A stretch of 43,532 nucleotides of DNA from contig NC_069000.1 in assembly GCF_001194135.2 (NCBI RefSeq), forward strand, positions 1,921,297 through 1,964,828. Reading direction: 5' to 3'. Made by a program: the position numbers and the translations under genes. The notes under the pieces are model-generated. The model searched no databases. It was not told the origin of the DNA and saw nothing but the letters and a program-made list of their open reading frames with translations. This document shows, piece after piece, positions 11,967 to 25,061 of this stretch (its first letter is position 1; each line of letters starts with the position of its first letter). This stretch comes from Octopus bimaculoides (taxonomy: Eukaryota).

Positions 11967-12071
11967 GCTGTACGAATTGCTTCCTTGGCTTACGGATATA
12001 TTTTCTTTCGAACCAACACGGCAGATTCTACCTGGCCGCTTAACATGCTACAAATAGTAACTGAAGCTACG
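11967..12071 (+). CDS. Candidate coding exon (105 nt, phase 0-0), unassigned
   Basis: Acceptor acattttgcag, donor ACG|gtaaat. Only one frame is open across the full exon: AVRIASLAYGYIFFRTNTADSTWPLNMLQIVTEAT. Non-repetitive sequence. Confidence 0.33.
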
Positions 12072-12344
12072 GTAAATCTCACTTGCGACATTAGAAAATT
12101 AGACACATAATATTACATGACCCTAGATAAAGTTCGTTTCAAAATGAAACCTCTCCGATTTAGGTAGCCAAAAGTACCCTTACGTTGCTCTACTGAGTGT
12201 ATAAACGGTATAAAACATTAAAATATTATCTAAAATATATAGCAAGAGAGGTTTATGTGACCGTAGGCACTCTTCGTCCGGTGAAACCTTGGTTCATCTG
12301 AAGAAAGACTTAATCATAGACATGCACACAAACATATATCTTTT

Positions 12345-12742
12345 TTCGTTTGTTTGCTTCAGTGATCAAACTGTGGCCATGCTGGGGCAGACCCTTGAAG
12401 ACGTTTTGGTCGAATGAATCGACCCGAATACTTATTTTGTTTAATCTCGTTACTTATTCTATTGGTTACCTTTTGTCGAACAGCCAAGTTACGGGGACAT
12501 AAACACACCAACACTGGTTGTCAAGCGATAGTGGTGAGAGGGCAAAGACTGACACACACACACACACGCACACATATTTATATATACGACGGTCTTCATA
12601 CAGTCTCCATGTAGCAAATCCTCTCACAAGCCTTTTTTCTTCCCGAATATACAGTAGAAGACACTTGCCCAAAGTACCCTGTAGTGAGACTGAACCTGGA
12701 ACATTGTGGTTGGCAAGCAAACTTCTTACCACACAGCGACAT
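12345..12742 (-). mobile_element. Near full-length tRNA-derived SINE, window family B
   Basis: Minus strand starts gtcgctgtgtggtaagaagtttgc...ccaggttcagtctcac (A/B-box-like) and continues ttgggcaagtgtcttctac. It has an internal (TG)n and a 3' end matching 26418-26497, 27642-27810 and 28251-28497. Confidence 0.88.
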
Positions 12743-13194
12743 GCAGTATTTAATCCATTATTATTAGCCTAATAAAATATATTTTGCTTATGGCTAATCG
12801 GGACTTCAGTATTTTATTATTCACTTTGAATATTTTAAGTGGCCGGCCATAGCTCCTTTTTGAACTTGTCGCCCCTTGGAATATGTCTATATACACACAT
12901 ACATACATATATATATATATATATATGTTTGTACGTGTGTGTGGGTTGTATGTGAGTTTGTGTTTGTTGTGTGTGTGTGTGTGTATGTGTGTGTGCAAAG
13001 ATGTTAAACAGTCAAGGAAAAGTGATTTAAAGGAACAAACATCACAAAACCAACACACCTAAAAAAACCCCGAAAATTCGCAAAAAACAAAAAAATAGTT
13101 ATAGTAATTATAATTTATTATCTAACCGCTTCTTAAAGTGACTAATCGAGTATAATTAATAACTGTTGACACAAAGTAGTAATAGTAGTAGTAA

Positions 13195-13235
<41 letters not shown>

Positions 13236-13506
13236 AGAGGCGTTCGGTGTTTTTATTTCTCGAGCCATTAATCAAGAGGTTTTCGCCACGTGAAATATGG
13301 TCACACGCTATTTAGCGTTTGAGGCAAGCAATTACAAGTAATGTTTTATGGGAAAGTGCGATGGAACTGGTCATAAAAGACGAATAAATGTGTAGCCATT
13401 TAGCTTTTTTCAGATGTTAAAACTGATGTTGTTGAAGTTATGGAGGTTTGAACATCGGGTAAAGATGGATAAAGGAGACCAGATCAGGAATATTTATATG
13501 TATATT

Positions 13507-13556
13507 GTATATATATATCTTGTGTATATATATATCTTGTGTATATATATATCTTG
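13507..13556. repeat. 17-bp minisatellite (GTATATATATATCTTGT) x3 running into a gap
   Basis: Directly visible; true length unknown because of Ns at 13557-13604. Confidence 0.9.
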
Positions 13557-13992
13557 NNNNNNNNNNNNNNNNNNNNNNNNNNNNNNNNNNNNNNNNNNNN
13601 NNNNATATATATATATATATACATACATACATGCATACATATATGAACGTATGTATGCCTGTATATGCATATATATGTGTGTGTATGTGTATGTATATAT
13701 ACATATATTCACATATATATGACTGTATAAGCAAATATATATATGTATATATAAATATATATATATATACATACACATATATACGTATACAGACAGAAAA
13801 ACATATCTGTGCATATGTCTGTAGGGAAGAATTTACATGTGTGTTTGTGTGTATGTTTATACATTTTTGTTAGTGTTTATGCGTGTATTGATAAATATGT
13901 TCGTGTGTATATACACTTCACATCAATACTATTCAGTTTGTTTATTGGAAACACACACACACACACACAAATCTATTCCCTAATACACATAG

Positions 13993-14043
<51 letters not shown>

Positions 14044-14095
14044 TGCACTCTCCCTGGGGCAGTCTTGCTTTCCTCTTTGTCATTCTGAAATACAG

Positions 14096-14169
14096 AGGAA
14101 TTATTATTGGCTGATGACATGTCCGAACGTTTATTGGGAATATGATTCCATGTATTTACCATCTTCAAG
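14096..14169 (+). CDS. Candidate coding exon (74 nt, phase 0-2), unassigned
   Basis: Acceptor ctttcctctttgtcattctgaaatacag, donor AAG|gtgaac. Only one frame is open: RNYYWLMTCPNVYWEYDSMYLPSS. Phase-compatible with 11967-12071 and 20225-20273. Confidence 0.35.
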
Positions 14170-15165
14170 GTGAACAAAACACTGCAGAAACATGCATCAT
14201 ATGCATACGTTGCTGCATACACACACATATGCAGCATGGAATTGAACATCTGAACATTCACCAGTTTATAAACGCTAACAAAAAGAACGCCTTTTCTTTA
14301 TACATATTATATATGTCTGTATATATGTTTGAGGGTGTGAACTTGTATAATTGCGCATATGACTTGGGCTCTGTGAAAACGATATTATTTCAATGTCTCG
14401 GTTTTGCGTTCGAATACTTCGCGTTCGACTTCATATTTCCTCATTTAACTCCCTTTATATAATGGAACGGGTTCAATCAGCTGTATAATCTGTGTGTCTG
14501 TGTTATAAAAAAAGTCTGATTGGTCTCGTTCATAGTCAAAGGAAACTAATATTATTTGTGATATTTCAGCTAAGAAAATATATTTTCAACGATAAACACA
14601 GCTGCCAAAAAATAAATAACTAAATATATAAATAAAAATAAAATGAAATAAATAAACAAAACAGAAATAACACTTCAATTTCTTGATGTTTTTGTTTTTG
14701 TTTGTAGTTTTGTTTATTTTCACTTCAACGAAAATAATCGACTGTAATAAATCTGTAACAAGAAATTGCTCGATTGAAGTAAGTTATCAGTGCCTATATG
14801 ACTGGAATTGATAAGTAGCACAAATTGAATTTTGGCGTCGTTTATCTCGTCGCTTTGTATAAACAGTAAAATATACTGGATAGATTGCAGCCCCAAAACT
14901 TAAGAATTTATATTGGAAAAATTTAAAGAAGTGACATAATCATTTTATAGTAGATTTCAGTAACTTATTTGAAAAAATGAAAGGGGAGACAAAACAGAAA
15001 CATTCATGAAAACCCTTCCACTCGATGTAAAAGTAACTCCAATGGAAATAGTTGTCATCATGTGATGTAAGTTGAGTGAAAGCATTTTGTTTTACTGTGA
15101 CGTGCAGTAGAAATGTAAGATTTCGTAGAATAAGCCCCTGGAAGGAGATAAATAGGTAGAGAGAA

Positions 15166-15170
<5 letters not shown>

Positions 15171-15258
<88 letters not shown>
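15171..15258. repeat. (GA)n microsatellite
   Basis: Directly visible. Confidence 0.99.
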
Positions 15259-15310
15259 TATCAAATGTTTACTGCTTTTCTCAAATTATTTCACCAAATC
15301 TATACACATA

Positions 15311-15526
15311 GGCAAGCTAGCCGAAACGTTAGCACGCCGGGCGAAATGCTTAGCGGTATTTCGTCTGTGTTTACGTTCTGAGTTCAAATTCCACCGAGGT
15401 CGACTTTGCCATTCTTTTATTCGGAGTCGATAAATTAAGTACCAGATATATACTAGAGTCGATCTAATCGACTACCTTCTCTCCCGAAATTATTATTTCA
15501 GGCATTGTGTCTGTAGTAGAAAGGAT
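15311..15526 (+). mobile_element. Family A SINE, near full length
   Basis: Head gttagcacgccgggcgaaatgcttagcgg, B-box-like GAGTTCAAATTCC at 15380-15392, core gtcgactttgcc...gtcgataaattaagtaccag, tail ttcaggcattgtgtctgtagtagaaagg. Confidence 0.9.
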
Positions 15527-15898
15527 ACATACATATTTATATATATATATATTTCATTTCCAGTAATTTAATCTTACTGCTAATTAAAGACGATACGCTT
15601 TACTCTATATTTATGGAAAATAAACTAATTAGTATATTAATTTCTTTCTTTGTTGTTGTTTTTCTTATTTGATTATTACTTATACAACAATAATTCTAAA
15701 TTAACCAACATTTTATTCAGAAATTTAATAAAACATACAAAGTTTGAGACTAGTCACATTTTTTAAACGCAGGCATTTTCTGATTACTAATATTTCTGCT
15801 TTTGTTAATTTTTCTTTTTCTCTTCCTCTTAACTAATCAGAGATTACTTACTTCGACAGAATACGTTCCTGCCTCCAGAGCTGAAATACATCATACCG

Positions 15899-16005
<107 letters not shown>

Positions 16006-16051
16006 AACATACACACACAAACACACACACATATATACATATGTGTGTGTA

Positions 16052-16083
<32 letters not shown>

Positions 16084-16169
16084 CGTGTGAGTGTGTGTTT
16101 TGTGTGTTCGTATATATATATATATAAATTCACGCGGACACACAAACATACGAACACATAAACACGTAG

Positions 16170-16212
<43 letters not shown>

Positions 16213-17277
16213 CACACACACACACACATACGGATGATATATATGGATGGAAGTGTGTATTAGTTTTGAAACAATTAGCATTCAGAGATAATATAACTAC
16301 TTGTAAATTAGAAAACAAAACCAAACAAGTAGTATATAATAATAGCTTATGATTTGCATCTGAGAAGAAAAATTATTTGAAAAAAAAAACAAAAAAACAA
16401 AGCATGAAATCAACATTTTCGAATCCTGCTAAAGTTGTTTAATTTTAATGCCTGGGAAAAGAAACTCTGGCCTAGGAGCCCAAGTGAAAAGCGAAAAGAG
16501 AAAAGAGAAAGGTAAGCAGAGAATTTAGTTATGGAAGATCATCATTTTGAATGTAATATAATCATGCGATATGCCGCAGTATTTTTATATAGTCTTTAGT
16601 TATCGCTGCACTATACTGAATATTACATTCCATTAGACATACAATGCTGGATGTACATGAAAGCTTCACCAAAGAAACCATATAGCGTGTAAATTAATAA
16701 GTTTGGTAAATTCAAGCATATTTAGTGTTACTGCGAATGAATGTTGGGAATTAAAAGTCGAAATGAAAGAAAATGCAAAGACCATAACCGGGCTTTGATG
16801 ATTCCAACTCTCATTTGAAAATCATCAAATTCGTTGGCGTGGAATATCTTTCCAAACAGATTAGTTTCTTTTAGTAGTGATCGGGATAGTTCTGATCGAG
16901 CAGATCAATAGTCTAACGTTTAGCTGTTTCACACATCCAGTGTTCCATATATTATAGTATTCTCTTGATGAGTTGAAATCCATATAGCGTTTCACAGCTA
17001 ACCATCGTTTAATATACGCTATGTAATATGGTTGTCTGACTATGAAGAATTCTGTTCTCTTCTATTAAGTCCTCTCCCTAGGCTTGTTGTTGATGTTGCT
17101 GCTGAAGTGTTTAGTCCCGGGTCAATGAAGGTTAATCAGAATTATGATAATACGTCTGGGTTTGATTTGTTGCGTTGCTTTCTCAGACCTGTTTCGTTAC
17201 TGACATAGCAAACATACAATCAAAGGCCTGCCATCCGTGACTTTTACGTTGTTTGTATTTTATTTTTTAAAATCTTT

Positions 17278-17345
17278 TTATCTGTTTCAGTCATTAGACT
17301 GCGGTCATGCTGGGGCATCGCCTTGATGAAATTTTAGTCGAACTT
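17278..17345 (-). mobile_element. Family B 3' fragment
   Basis: tgtttcagtcattagactgcggtcatgctggggcatcgccttga matches 12355-12400. Confidence 0.8.
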
Positions 17346-17963
17346 TCTGGTACAAACAGTTATGTCCCTCTCATCACCAGAGTCGTCTTCAAGTTTGTAC
17401 ATTGTTGTTTGGTTGATTAGTTGATATATATACATAGAATCTATGTACAGCAGATAATTATATATAATAATTTCATAATTTTTAGATTGTTTCATCCTTA
17501 TGAAGAAGCTGACCCCACCAGTAGAGCCCGCTGCAAATCATGGTTATGGAACATATCCAGTTTCTATACTTTTGTTTATTTTTTCCAATAGGCAATGGCA
17601 GAGTCTGTTAATACTCCCAGAGTAGAGTCAATTTTTATAGCACCTTCTCTGTCTTCAGTATATTTTGTAGTAATGTTGCAAGTTTGGGTATTTTTGTGCT
17701 TTCTCATATTTGATATGTTGATGTTAAGTATAATAGTTGAATGTGTTCATTATTCTCTGAAAAAACTAATACTTCTAGTTTTTACTTTGGAGTATGGCTA
17801 GTTTTTTTCTTTTCGTTCACAGAATCTGATTTTCTGCAAGAATTATTAATAAAAAAAACTCAGATGTTTGACTTTTGAAATTTTTGCTTATTTTTACCAT
17901 TATCGACATACTGCATGACGCACTTGCCGTTTGTTTCCATAGAAGCAAGTACATCAGTACAAT

Positions 17964-18011
<48 letters not shown>

Positions 18012-18070
18012 GTATGTATATATATATATATATATTCATATATTTATAGTATAAATATATGTATATAGAG

Positions 18071-18101
<31 letters not shown>

Positions 18102-18383
18102 TGTATCTATCTATCTATATATATATATATATATTGATTTGCTGTGACCGATTTTTTTCAGTGATGTGGATTTGCATATAAAACTACATCACTGTAAATG
18201 ATTTGAAGAAAATCGGAGTTGTGCTACTTTTTCTTCTAGAAAATTGTTGAAATATGCGCTAACTTTGATATTGTCTACTACCAGGATATGCGTATGATTT
18301 GGAAGTCTCGGTTGATGTAAGTAGGTGAGAAGACTGCACTGCATCTTGCAATAAACATTTGAAGAAAATGCCGGTTCCATATC

Positions 18384-18427
<44 letters not shown>

Positions 18428-18496
18428 CTTCTTCTTCTTCTTCTTCTTCTTCTTCTTCTTCTTCTTCTTCTTCTTCTTCTTCTTCTTCTTCTTCTT

Positions 18497-18526
<30 letters not shown>
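18384..18526. repeat. Compound (GTT)n-(CTT)n microsatellite
   Basis: Directly visible, with a sharp switch near 18427. Confidence 0.99.
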
Positions 18527-18527
<1 letters not shown>

Positions 18528-19559
18528 AATATTGTAAGGAACTGTATTTAAAGAAATCGTTAAAATGATTGGTCTATTGCAGATGCATATCCAGTTTATT
18601 GCTCATAAATTTTTAACACAAAATCTTATACGGACCCCCGTTGAGAAGAACCACTGGTGTGGCTGCTAATTTAGATTGTTGCCTGTTGGATTATATCTGA
18701 CAAATTTGTTATGTAATGTTTGTATAAGGTTTTTGAGCAATATGGTTGCTGAGTGTAGTGTTAAAGAAACATGTTGTAATTTGGAAAGAGCAATGCTTTA
18801 AATGATAGTTCCGAGAAGAAATTATTCCATTGAAGTTGAAAGTATGTACTGAGATGTTTATTGACATTTATAATCTATTACTTTTACGATTAGATTTTTG
18901 TAATTAAAAAAAAAAATTGCTATATTTCTATATAATTTCCAAAGTTTTCGTATTTGATAGTGACTATATAAATGTTGATCAGTGTTAGAAATATCTCAGT
19001 TGTCGAACATATTTTTGATATTTTTCTGACGTTTGGATACAGAATGAATCCAAAGCTAGGGTTTATGTGGAATACTCAATGACTTCGTGTTTGCCTGCCT
19101 GTCTTTGTATTTTAGTGTTAATGACTGACTTTGATAAAAAACATACAAACAAACACAAAGTGTCATATATACGATGTAGTGTTTGCATAGTCGTTGTTAA
19201 TTCTACTAATTAATTTTATTTCTAGTTTCATGGTTTATGTTGGATACAAGTATTTTCCACTCCTTTGCTTCTCTTTGTTTATTTTCTCCTTTTTTATTCC
19301 TGTGTTTATTTGCTTTAATACTGAATTGTATTTGTATTGTTGTTGTTGTTTTTGTTGATGTTTTATGTAGTGTTTACTCTGTCACGTTTGAAGTTATCTC
19401 TGTTTCCTTTCATCGTCACATTGCTATTTCAGTTGTGTTCTGGACTTAGAATTGTATTTTTCCGTTTCTATTTTTTTTTCTCAGATATATTCTTGGATGT
19501 TGGCCGATTTATGTTTTTCATTGATTCTATGTACAGAACTATTCATTTTGTTTCTGTTC

Positions 19560-19637
19560 TTGTTGTTTAACGCCTAGTTAAGCCTGATAAAACAGCCCCA
19601 TGACTGCACGCACTCCAGCCGTGACCATACCATCTTT
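19560..19637 (-). mobile_element. Family C 3' fragment
   Basis: ttgttgtttaacgcctagttaagcctgat...cactccagccgtgaccatacc is the reverse complement of the family C end at 5721-5800 and 41319-41365. Confidence 0.6.
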
Positions 19638-20224
19638 ATATATATANNNNNNNNNNNNNNNNNNNNNNNNNNNNNNNNNNNNNNNNNNNNNNNNNNNNNN
19701 NNNNNNNNNNNNNNNNNNNNNNNNNNNNNNNNNNNNNNNNNNNNNNNNNNNNNNNNNNNNNNNNNNNNNNNNNNNNNNNNNNNNNNNNNNNNNNNNNNNN
19801 NNNNNNNNNNNNNNNNNNNNNNNNNNNNNNNNNNNNNNNNNNNNNNNNNNNNNNNNNNNNNNNNNNNNNNNNNNNNNNNNNNNNNNNNNNNNNNNNNNNN
19901 NNNNNNNNNNNNNNNNNNNNNNNNNNNNNNNNNNNNNNNNNNNNNNNNNNNNNNNNNNNNNNNNNNNNNNNNNNNNNNNNNNNNNNNNNNNNNNNNNNNN
20001 NNNNNNNNNNNNNNNNNNNNNNNNNNNNNNNNNNNNNNNNNNNNNNNNNNNNNNNNNNNNNNNNNNNNNNNNNNNNNNNNNNNNNNNNNNNNNNNNNNNN
20101 NNNNNNNNNNNNNNNNNNNNNNNNNNNNNNNNNNNNNNNNNNNNNNNNNNNNNNNNNNNNNNNNNNNNNNNNNNNNNNNNNNNNNNNNNNNNNNNNNNNN
20201 NNNATTGTTTCCTGTATGCCACAG

Positions 20225-20273
20225 ACTGAAGATTAACTTCTACGACTTGATTCATAACCAGAACTTTTGGCAG
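20225..20273 (+). CDS. Candidate coding exon (49 nt, phase 2-0), unassigned
   Basis: Acceptor tgtttcctgtatgccacag, donor CAG|gtaaaa. Only one frame is open: LKINFYDLIHNQNFWQ. Confidence 0.4.
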
Positions 20274-21711
20274 GTAAAATCAACCTGCGCCAGATTAGAC
20301 ATCGGGGTAGTGTCTAGGGACTAACTCTATACACTATCAAACGTCTGAAACCCCGTTTCGAAACCTCAACACTGGACGCATTTCAAATTGTTGCTCGGGG
20401 AAATCTTACATTTTATAGATGTAAAGGGATACAAATTTATAATTTCATGGAATTTTAATATGAAATTCCGTAAACGATGACTGGCACATTTAAAACTTGT
20501 ATCTAATTCTAACCGTAACCCGACGCTCATGTTTACCAGCTGTGATATAAATTAAATAAATAAATATACATAATTTGCCTTGAAAAACGTTAATAATTTC
20601 CTAATTTCCAGTTATTTGCAAAACGAAATATATACGAAGAAATATATATTACAAGTGACGATAATAAATAATAGAAATTGAATTTCTGAAAAGAAGCTAA
20701 CAATGAAATCTATAATGAAATTTCAATAATTCAGCAATAACTATCAAATTTTGTTTTCCAAACTTAGAGATTTTTTTTCCTTTTGTAATCAGAAGTTAAT
20801 TTGGTAAAATAAATAATTGACGTTTAAATTGATCGCCATAATATATGTGTATAATGTAAATGTATTTTTTAATATAAGTCTGAAAGTACGTAGCATTGGT
20901 TGTATGAAGAAGGTATGTGTAAGTATACATGTACTTGATAATTAGTTCTTACCTAATGATGTTGGTAGCAAGGCAGAAATGGTTGAGCGAGAGACAAAAT
21001 GTGTTACTGTATTTAGTCACGTCCCTCAACATTCTTATTCAGAATTGTTGATTTGGAATTTTGGGATTTCATCGTCTCTTCTCTTTTCAAAAATTCGTGG
21101 TCATTGTACCTATATCAGCAATGAATATTATAATTGATTACCTATAAAATTAATGAAGGTGCTATAGAGCGGGTCGGCACTCTAGACCGCATTGTTGCAA
21201 AGCGGCATTCTTAACTACACAACCATGCATGCGCCTCTGTTTAAGAATGAACACAAACTAAATGCAATACATGTTAGTAAAGATAAATTGACAAGCTACT
21301 GTTCTTTACTGATGAGCCCCATAACTGAAACCGGCGTGTTTTATAAGTAAATCTGAAGTATTAAATATATTGAAGTTTAAGTGTATAAAAATACCGTTTT
21401 TCAGCCACATGAGAAAGAAAGTGGGAGTATTTCATATCTTCACGTGCTTCTCTCTTTAACTGAAGAAATGGATACTAGGAAGCAAAGCAATTTTATAAGA
21501 AATAAACAAACAAACAAAGAAAAAAAGGTATTGCTTTACACGTTCCCGTCTTTTCTCTTGTTTGATTTGTTAATGCGTATATCTGAGAGCTACATATTCA
21601 AACAGCAGAAAGCATGTATACTAAAGAGAACGCTTTAATTCGGACACATACATACATACATACATACATGTACATACATACATATCTATATATGTATATA
21701 CACACACACAC

Positions 21712-21776
<65 letters not shown>

Positions 21777-21829
21777 NNNNNNNNNNNNNNNNNNNNNNNN
21801 NNNNNNNNNNNNNNNNNNNNNNNNNNNNN

Positions 21830-21863
<34 letters not shown>

Positions 21864-22579
21864 CTGTACGGACATACATATATATTCAAGCGTAATCAGA
21901 CACACTGAAACACGTATGAGCATACAGCAACATGAACATATATCAGATTAAATACTCATATACGAAACAAACCTACGCACACTAAACACACAGATTCGTA
22001 CGCTCACAAACACATAACAGAAACACACGCATAGTGACATCGACACACACACACACACATATAAACATAGGGATATGTATGTACATGCATACGTTTATAC
22101 ATACTGTTTCTATGTGTATCTGGAGTGATTAGGGGGTATTACTGTATTTGTGCGTGTGTGGACATGCGTGAAGGCTGCGAAATCAAGCAGAAATAAACAC
22201 CAGCGTAAAATTAACGAATGAGCTGGTTGCGATTTTATTGAAGAATTATCAAGACGCATACACTTACAGAAACATACAAATACAGAGAGGCGCATGCGTA
22301 CACATTCGCACATACTGACACAAACACTGATAGAACTCATACAAAGGTACCTGAACGTACATACGGACAAAATACATACACTTATATATATGCCGCCATA
22401 TATGCTCTCTCTCTCCACCCATTCATTCTTTCTCAATATACATATATAATATAGATATATATATATCTGTGTATATATATATATATATGCGAACACACTA
22501 ACATCTATCTATCTAAATAAATATATGTTTATTTGTATATATAACACATATATACATACGTACATGCATGCATACACAC

Positions 22580-22619
<40 letters not shown>

Positions 22620-22727
22620 CAAATCTATGTACACACACATATATATATATATAGATATATATGTGTGTGTACGTATATGCATACATACACTAACGCATGC
22701 ACATGTACACACACGCAAACTCGCATG

Positions 22728-22776
<49 letters not shown>

Positions 22777-23445
22777 TTATGAATTGTAGAACATTTCACT
22801 TTTATCTAGAAACAGCCATTTCTTTTAATTAATTCTATTTTTAGAAATGTCTTTTTTTTTCTCTGTTAGAGAGGAGAAAGTTTGATATATTATAGAAAAG
22901 AGATTTTGGAAAATGTTTAATTTTACGATTCAGTAGATTTCTGTAAGATCGGCGCCTTGTTTATAAAATTGGCTCCGATGTTCAAATCATTAGTTTTTCT
23001 TTCATTTTAGAATGTTTATTTCATTAAGTACATATATCTATCTTTTACTAAGCCATAGTTTCTTAATTCGATCAGTAAGCTCGTAAATTTCCAGTTTTCT
23101 TTTAGTATCCAGAATTATAAATCAAATTCTGTGAAACTTGCAATTAACATGTTCGAGTTTTCAATTTTGAAAACCATTTTTTGTTTAATGAATAAATTCG
23201 TTTTGTATTGTTTTTGTTTTTAATCTTTGCTTTTAGATTTTGATGCAAACGGAAAGAGAGAAAAGAGAAAAAGACATATTGAGTTTATGCTTACTTTAAT
23301 GGTATATTGGTTATTTTTTCCATTAATGATCCATGTTATGGCAGTGGACTATCGAAATATGTACAAAATTTATCGATTGATTGTTTTCAGCACATTCCTT
23401 ACTAGAGTAGAAAATACAATACATTAACCCTCTCAGTGTCCTAAC

Positions 23446-23636
23446 ATTACTTGGTTTCAAATTTAGGTAAACGAGCAGCAATTTCTGGGGAGGTGCTAAG
23501 TCCATTCCGTCGATCCCCGAGTTCAACTGTTACTTATTTTATCGAGCCCGAAAGGATGAAAGGCAAAGTCACCCCCGCAGTATTTGAACTCAGAACGTAA
23601 AGTCGGACGAAAAGCCGCTAAGCATTTTGTCCGGCG
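23446..23636 (-). mobile_element. Family A SINE
   Basis: tacttattttatcgagcccgaaaggatgaaaggcaaagtc...tttgaactcagaacgtaaag...ctaagcattttgtccggcg is the reverse complement of the A consensus. Confidence 0.9.
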
Positions 23637-23805
23637 CCTTGCTTTCCATTAATACCCTAATTGGAGGAATGAGCAGCATATAAAACACATTGCTTGAAGA
23701 TATAGCTCACGATGTCCGTGCAGCTACTGTTTATAACTCGCTCAGAGATTTATTACTACTTGCATATACTGAGCCTGACTTTTGAGGAAGTCATTCCTTT
23801 TTTAG

Positions 23806-23944
23806 GTGTCACGTGAATGATATTCCTCTGGTCAAAAGTGTGAAGGTGCAATTGTCCACTTGCGATAAAATGAGCAACTTAGATAAGGGCGAATGTACGA
23901 TGATTGCTGCTCCCAAATCATATTCGAATGCGAATGACAAGCGA
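23806..23944 (+). CDS. Candidate coding exon (139 nt, phase 2-0), unassigned
   Basis: Acceptor cattccttttttag, donor CGA|gtaagc. Open frame CHVNDIPLVKSVKVQLSTCDKMSNLDKGECTMIAAPKSYSNANDKR; non-repetitive sequence. Confidence 0.35.
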
Positions 23945-24788
23945 GTAAGCCGTAGCCATTGAGTTACTCTGTCACTCGACCTGCTGAAGCTGGCAGCCGA
24001 ATCAAGCAGAAATCTCACATTATAGTCTTAAAGAAATTATGCATTGAGTAATGTTGTTTGGAAGAAACGAGTGAATGGTTATGATTAGCTATATACACTT
24101 TGATCGTGGGTTTGCTCGTTCCGGTCTGATTGGCAGAGAAACAAGAGCAACAACAAACACAACAACAACAGCAACAATAAACAAACAAAATGAAGAAAAT
24201 CTCTGCTTATGACCCAACGACCTGTTAAGGATTACAGTACATTTGCTCTTTTATAAATCGACTGAAATCGTTCAGAGGGACTGAGAAAGAAAGAGGGGGG
24301 AAAATGAATCAATAATTTCTTTTTTCTCTTCGTATTTAGATTAGATTATTCATTGTGATTCATAATTTTGTAAACGAGAAAAAGAAATGAACGAGAAATT
24401 TAGATTAAATATAGGAACAAAAACAAATGAAAAACAAAAGAAGAATAAATATAAGACACGAAAATCTATTATTGTATGCTAGGTGGGAAATAAGGAGATG
24501 AATCCTCTTTGTACAAATTAATTTAATTAAAGAAAGCTCTTAGAGAGAAGAAAGACATTCATATATGCAACCCTCTGTGCTTTTTTCGTTCTGCTCTACT
24601 CGACTGCAGTGAGGAAGAAAGGAAAAAAAAAGCGCCATTAAAATAAGACTGGAATATTACAGACAATAAAGTATAATTTATTGACAAGAAACAGATAAAT
24701 TATGATTGCTTGATTGCGTAACATTGTAATAGTCAGCAAGCATCATTCCTTGTTATATTTGGCTAACAGCATACTATTATTTTTATCA

Positions 24789-24847
<59 letters not shown>

Positions 24848-24849
<2 letters not shown>

Positions 24850-25061
24850 GGCGGCGAAATGACAGAATCGTTAGCACGCCGGGCAAAATGCTTAGCGATA
24901 TTTCGTCCGTCTTTACGTTCTGGGTTCAAATTTCGCCGCAGCTGACTTTGTCTTTCAACCTTTCGGGGTCGATTAAATAATTACCAGTTAAGTACTGGGG
25001 TCGATGCAATCGATTAGTCTCCTCCCCCAAGATTTCAGGCCTTGTGCCTATAGTAGACAGG

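Noticed and set aside
12280-12310. GAAAC...CTGAAGA as a permuted hammerhead
   Set aside because: No room for stem I and no stem II pairing.
14105-14135. CTGATGA-catgtcc-GAACGTT as a hammerhead
   Set aside because: The second box is GAAC rather than GAAA, and there is no stem I. It lies within an exon candidate.
15311-15395. A/B-box region as a tRNA gene
   Set aside because: No cloverleaf, and it continues into a SINE body repeated many times in the window.
17480-17560. Minus-strand DLQRALLVGS as a LINE C-terminal motif
   Set aside because: Too short and bounded by stops.
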